In this document: positions 52,352 through 55,105 of the stretch, one piece after another
Position numbering within the stretch: the stretch's first letter is position 1
Layout of the letters: each line of letters opens with the position of its first letter
DNA from: Methanobacteriota archaeon
GTDB lineage: Archaea; Thermoplasmatota; Poseidoniia; Poseidoniales; Poseidoniaceae
DNA length: 55,105 nucleotides
Reading direction: 5' to 3'
NCBI GenBank assembly: GCA_011524855.1
Contig: WTJK01000062.1
Span: 10,983-66,087, forward strand
Position numbers and translations under genes: made by a program
The notes under the pieces: generated by a model
The model's database searches: none
What the model was told of the DNA's origin: nothing
What the model saw: only the letters and a program-made list of their open reading frames with translations

Positions 52352-53524
52352 TCAATCCTTCAAGGCCCGAGCGATCACAATGCGCTGGACTTCTTGGGTT
52401 CCCTCGTAGATCTGGGTGATTTTGGCGTCCCGGAAGAAGCGCTCGACGGGGAATTCCTTGGTGTAGCCGTAACCGCCGAGAACCTGGATGGCGCGCTCCG
52501 ACACCCACATGGCGGTGTCACCTGCATACAGCTTGGCCATGCTGGCCTCCTTGGAGTGACGCGGCCCGTTGGCGTGGTAGTGCTGTTCTTTTGTCCAGGC
52601 GGCTTTGTAGACCAGATGGCGGGCGGCCTCGGTGCGGGTGGCCATGTCAGCCAAGTAAGCCATGATCATCTGGTGGTAAGCGATGGGTTTGCCAAAGGCC
52701 TCGCGCTCGTGGGCGTACTTCAGCGCCGCCTCGTACGCACCCTGGGCGATGCCAAGCGCTTGGGCTGCAATGCCAATACGGCTGTTGTCAAGGGCGTTCA
52801 TGGCGATGGGGAAGCCGTTGCCAGCGCCCTTGATGACGTTCTCAACGGGGACCTTGCAATTGTCAAGAATCAGCGTGCACGTGTCGGATGACCGAATGCC
52901 AAGCTTGTCCTCTTTCTTGCCCACGCTGAACCCCTCAAACGCCGACTCGACGATGAACGCCGTCGTCCCGCCGTGCTTTTTGGAGCCGTAGTCGGGGTGG
53001 TCGACGTCCTTGGCGAACAGCACCAAGATGTCGGCTTGGGCACCGTTCGTGACCCACATTTTCTCCCCGTTCAGCACGTAATGCGTACCGTCATCGGACA
53101 ACTTCGCCTTGCAGACCATGGCAGCTGCATCGGTACCAGCACCGGCCTCGGAGAGTGAGTAAGCACCAACTTCGCCAGCAGCGAGGCGGGGCAGGTAGGT
53201 GGATTTTTGATGCTCGTCCCCGTGGAGGGCGATGGTCATCGAACACAGACCAACATGGACGCAGTACATGACGGCGAAGGAGGGGTCGACACGAGCCAAC
53301 TCCTCGATGATGATGGCTTCCGAAACGTCGTCGATGGGTGAACCGCCGTATGCTTCGGGGATGGTCACCCCGTGAAGGCCGTACTCAAGGAACGACTGCC
53401 ATTCCTCAGAAGGTGGAATTTGTTGCTGGTCGCGGTGCTCCACGGTCGGTGCCAACACGCTTTCTGCAAAGTCCCGAACAAGTTCACGAATCATTTGCTG
53501 TTCTTCCGTTTCACCGTAGTTCAT
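52352..53524 (-). CDS. Acyl-CoA dehydrogenase (short/branched-chain type)
   Basis: YSLSEAGAGTD, LNGEKMWVTNG, KLGIRSSDT, REAFGKPI, GGYGY, IYEGT.EVQR. Confidence 0.96.
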   Translation of the reverse strand: MNYGETEEQQMIRELVRDFAESVLAPTVEHRDQQQIPPSEEWQSFLEYGLHGVTIPEAYGGSPIDDVSEAIIIEELARVDPSFAVMYCVHVGLCSMTIALHGDEHQKSTYLPRLAAGEVGAYSLSEAGAGTDAAAMVCKAKLSDDGTHYVLNGEKMWVTNGAQADILVLFAKDVDHPDYGSKKHGGTTAFIVESAFEGFSVGKKEDKLGIRSSDTCTLILDNCKVPVENVIKGAGNGFPIAMNALDNSRIGIAAQALGIAQGAYEAALKYAHEREAFGKPIAYHQMIMAYLADMATRTEAARHLVYKAAWTKEQHYHANGPRHSKEASMAKLYAGDTAMWVSERAIQVLGGYGYTKEFPVERFFRDAKITQIYEGTQEVQRIVIARALKD

Positions 53525-53638
53525 GCGCTCCCCAACACGGCGAACAAGCCGACTTTCTTAACCCGTTTCATCCAACCTCACGCACCGGCTCCTTAGGGTT
53601 CATATACCCCGTGTATGAGGCGCGTTTGAGGGAACACC

Positions 53639-54064
53639 ATGGACGACGATTACGATGAATTTGTGATTGCACAAGACCGCATGTACTCCACCGAACACCT
53701 TTGGTTCCAACAAAAGGAAACCAAGTTGATGATCGGCGTCAGCGAATTCATGCGTGTTGAAATCGGCGATGTGCTGCGGGTGATTCTCCCACAAGCTGAC
53801 ACCGAAGTTGACGAAGGGGGAAGCCTGTTTTCGCTGTGGACGGCCGACGAGAAAGTGTCCCTGGTCTCGCCGTTTTCGGGCGTGATTTCGGACGTGAACG
53901 GCGAAGTGGAAATTTCCCCCGACCTTGTCAACGAATCGGCCTACAACGACGGCTGGATCATTCTCCTCGAACCCCATGCCCTGCTGATGGACCCTGAAGA
54001 CAAGCAGCTTCTCGAGAACCTGATGGACCACGAGGAATACGTGGAATACCTCGCTGAGCTCTGA
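53639..54064 (+). CDS. Glycine cleavage H-protein-like protein lacking the lipoyl-lysine
   Basis: YS.EHLW, IGVSEF...IGDV, SP.SG.I..VN, PDLVN.S.Y..GWI; ESVK is replaced by WTAD. Confidence 0.85.
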   Translation: MDDDYDEFVIAQDRMYSTEHLWFQQKETKLMIGVSEFMRVEIGDVLRVILPQADTEVDEGGSLFSLWTADEKVSLVSPFSGVISDVNGEVEISPDLVNESAYNDGWIILLEPHALLMDPEDKQLLENLMDHEEYVEYLAEL

Positions 54065-54105
54065 GTCACATCAAGGCTCATAGGGCCCATGGTTCAAGCC
54101 GTGGC

Positions 54106-54675
54106 ATGACCGACGCTTTGGAGCGCCTTCGCACCAGTTTGTCCAATGCTCCGGTGATTTGGAAAGGCGACTACCCGTATTTCGTCCACCCCCTCACCGA
54201 CGGTGTACCGCGCTTGGACCCGGACGTGCTTGCTGCGGTGATCGACTTGGCCTCAGCGGCGATTGACTGGGAGCAGACCGACGTGCTTCTTGGCATCGAA
54301 GCCATGGGGCTTCCGTTGACGGCACCGTTGAGCCTTCGCCACGGCGTGCCGATGGTGGTGGCCCGCAAACGGTCGTACGCCATGGACGGGGAGGTCACCA
54401 TCGACCAAACCACAGGGTACGCTTCGGGTGCGATGCATCTGAACGACCTGCACCCCGGCGAGCGGGTGGCCATCGTCGACGACGTGATTTCAACCGGCGG
54501 CACGTTGGCGGCCGTGCTGCAAGGTGTTGAGCGGGCCGGTGCCAGCGTGACGAGCGTCGTGACCGTGGTCGAGAAAGGAGAGGGCATGACGACGCTGAAA
54601 GAACGGTTTCCCGAAACGGCGTTTACTTCCCTCGTCACCTTGCGCATGGACGGTGCGAACATCATCGTCGGTTAA
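54106..54675 (+). CDS. hpt: Archaeal hypoxanthine/guanine phosphoribosyltransferase (APRT-like)
   Basis: KGDYPYFVHPLTDGVP, EAMG.P, RKRSY, PRPP loop VDDVISTGGT. Confidence 0.9.
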   Translation: MTDALERLRTSLSNAPVIWKGDYPYFVHPLTDGVPRLDPDVLAAVIDLASAAIDWEQTDVLLGIEAMGLPLTAPLSLRHGVPMVVARKRSYAMDGEVTIDQTTGYASGAMHLNDLHPGERVAIVDDVISTGGTLAAVLQGVERAGASVTSVVTVVEKGEGMTTLKERFPETAFTSLVTLRMDGANIIVG

Positions 54676-54734
54676 CGTGTTCTTGGGGGGTGCCTTCATG
54701 AGGCATGGGTGACGGGCATCCACTGGGGAGCACC

Positions 54735-55105
54735 ATGGATTTGGACCGCCACGATTTCGAATTGGAAGAACTGATGGAGCGCATCCGCTCCAACGACCAT
54801 CGACTCATCGCTCTGCAAGTCCCTGAGGGGCTCAAAATGCAAGCGCTGGAAATGATGGACACGATCGAAACCGACACCAGCGCTCAAGTCGTGCTGGCTG
54901 CGGACCCTTGCTATGGCGCATGCGACCTCGTCCACGACAAAATGCAACTGATGGGCGTTGAACTTGTGGCTCACATGGGCCATTCCCAAATGAACATCGA
55001 TTCCGGCATGCCCACCCAATTCATCAACGTCACCTACGACGGCGACCCTGAGCTCAGCCCGGTCCTGCCTTGGCTTGAACAGCACCGCGCCATGGCCATG
55101 CAGCG
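54735..55105 (+). CDS. dph2: Diphthamide biosynthesis enzyme Dph2 (3'-truncated by window edge; absent from the ORF track)
   Basis: Manual translation: MDLDRHDFELEEL...IALQVPEGLK...ADPCYGACDL...VAHMGHS; follows hpt. Confidence 0.92.
   Translation, partial: MDLDRHDFELEELMERIRSNDHRLIALQVPEGLKMQALEMMDTIETDTSAQVVLAADPCYGACDLVHDKMQLMGVELVAHMGHSQMNIDSGMPTQFINVTYDGDPELSPVLPWLEQHRAMAMQ

Overview
Gene-dense, GC-rich archaeal chromosomal segment, most consistent with Marine Group II Euryarchaeota (Ca. Poseidoniales). The assignment is inferred from the mix of archaeal markers (GGPP synthase + geranylgeranyl reductase, RPA + RPA-associated protein, Hel308-Cgi121, hpt-dph2, class III signal pilin) with bacterial-type gyrAB, mutS-mutL, moaA and large PKD-repeat secreted peptidases. 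About 44 CDSs are supported, two cut by the window edges (mutS, dph2). I found no tRNA, rRNA, CRISPR array, transposase or integrase. Most notable: (1) a compact four-gene type IV pilus/Tad-like operon headed by an orphan small protein resembling the phage tail-tube/'DNA circularisation N-terminal' fold, with an internally shortened ATPase, lying between the RPA operon and a triple-SAP DNA-binding protein; (2) a 29-bp promoter/operator-like element plus a 10-bp RBS-position element shared by the rpa and gyrB leaders; (3) several repurposed or oddly built proteins: a HemC-like pseudoenzyme, a membrane-anchored Smr-like domain, a GcvH-like protein without the lipoyl Lys, a Tmk with a long C-terminal extension, a class II CCA-adding enzyme, and MutS with a PCNA PIP box. 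All family calls come from motif recognition by eye; no database searches were run.
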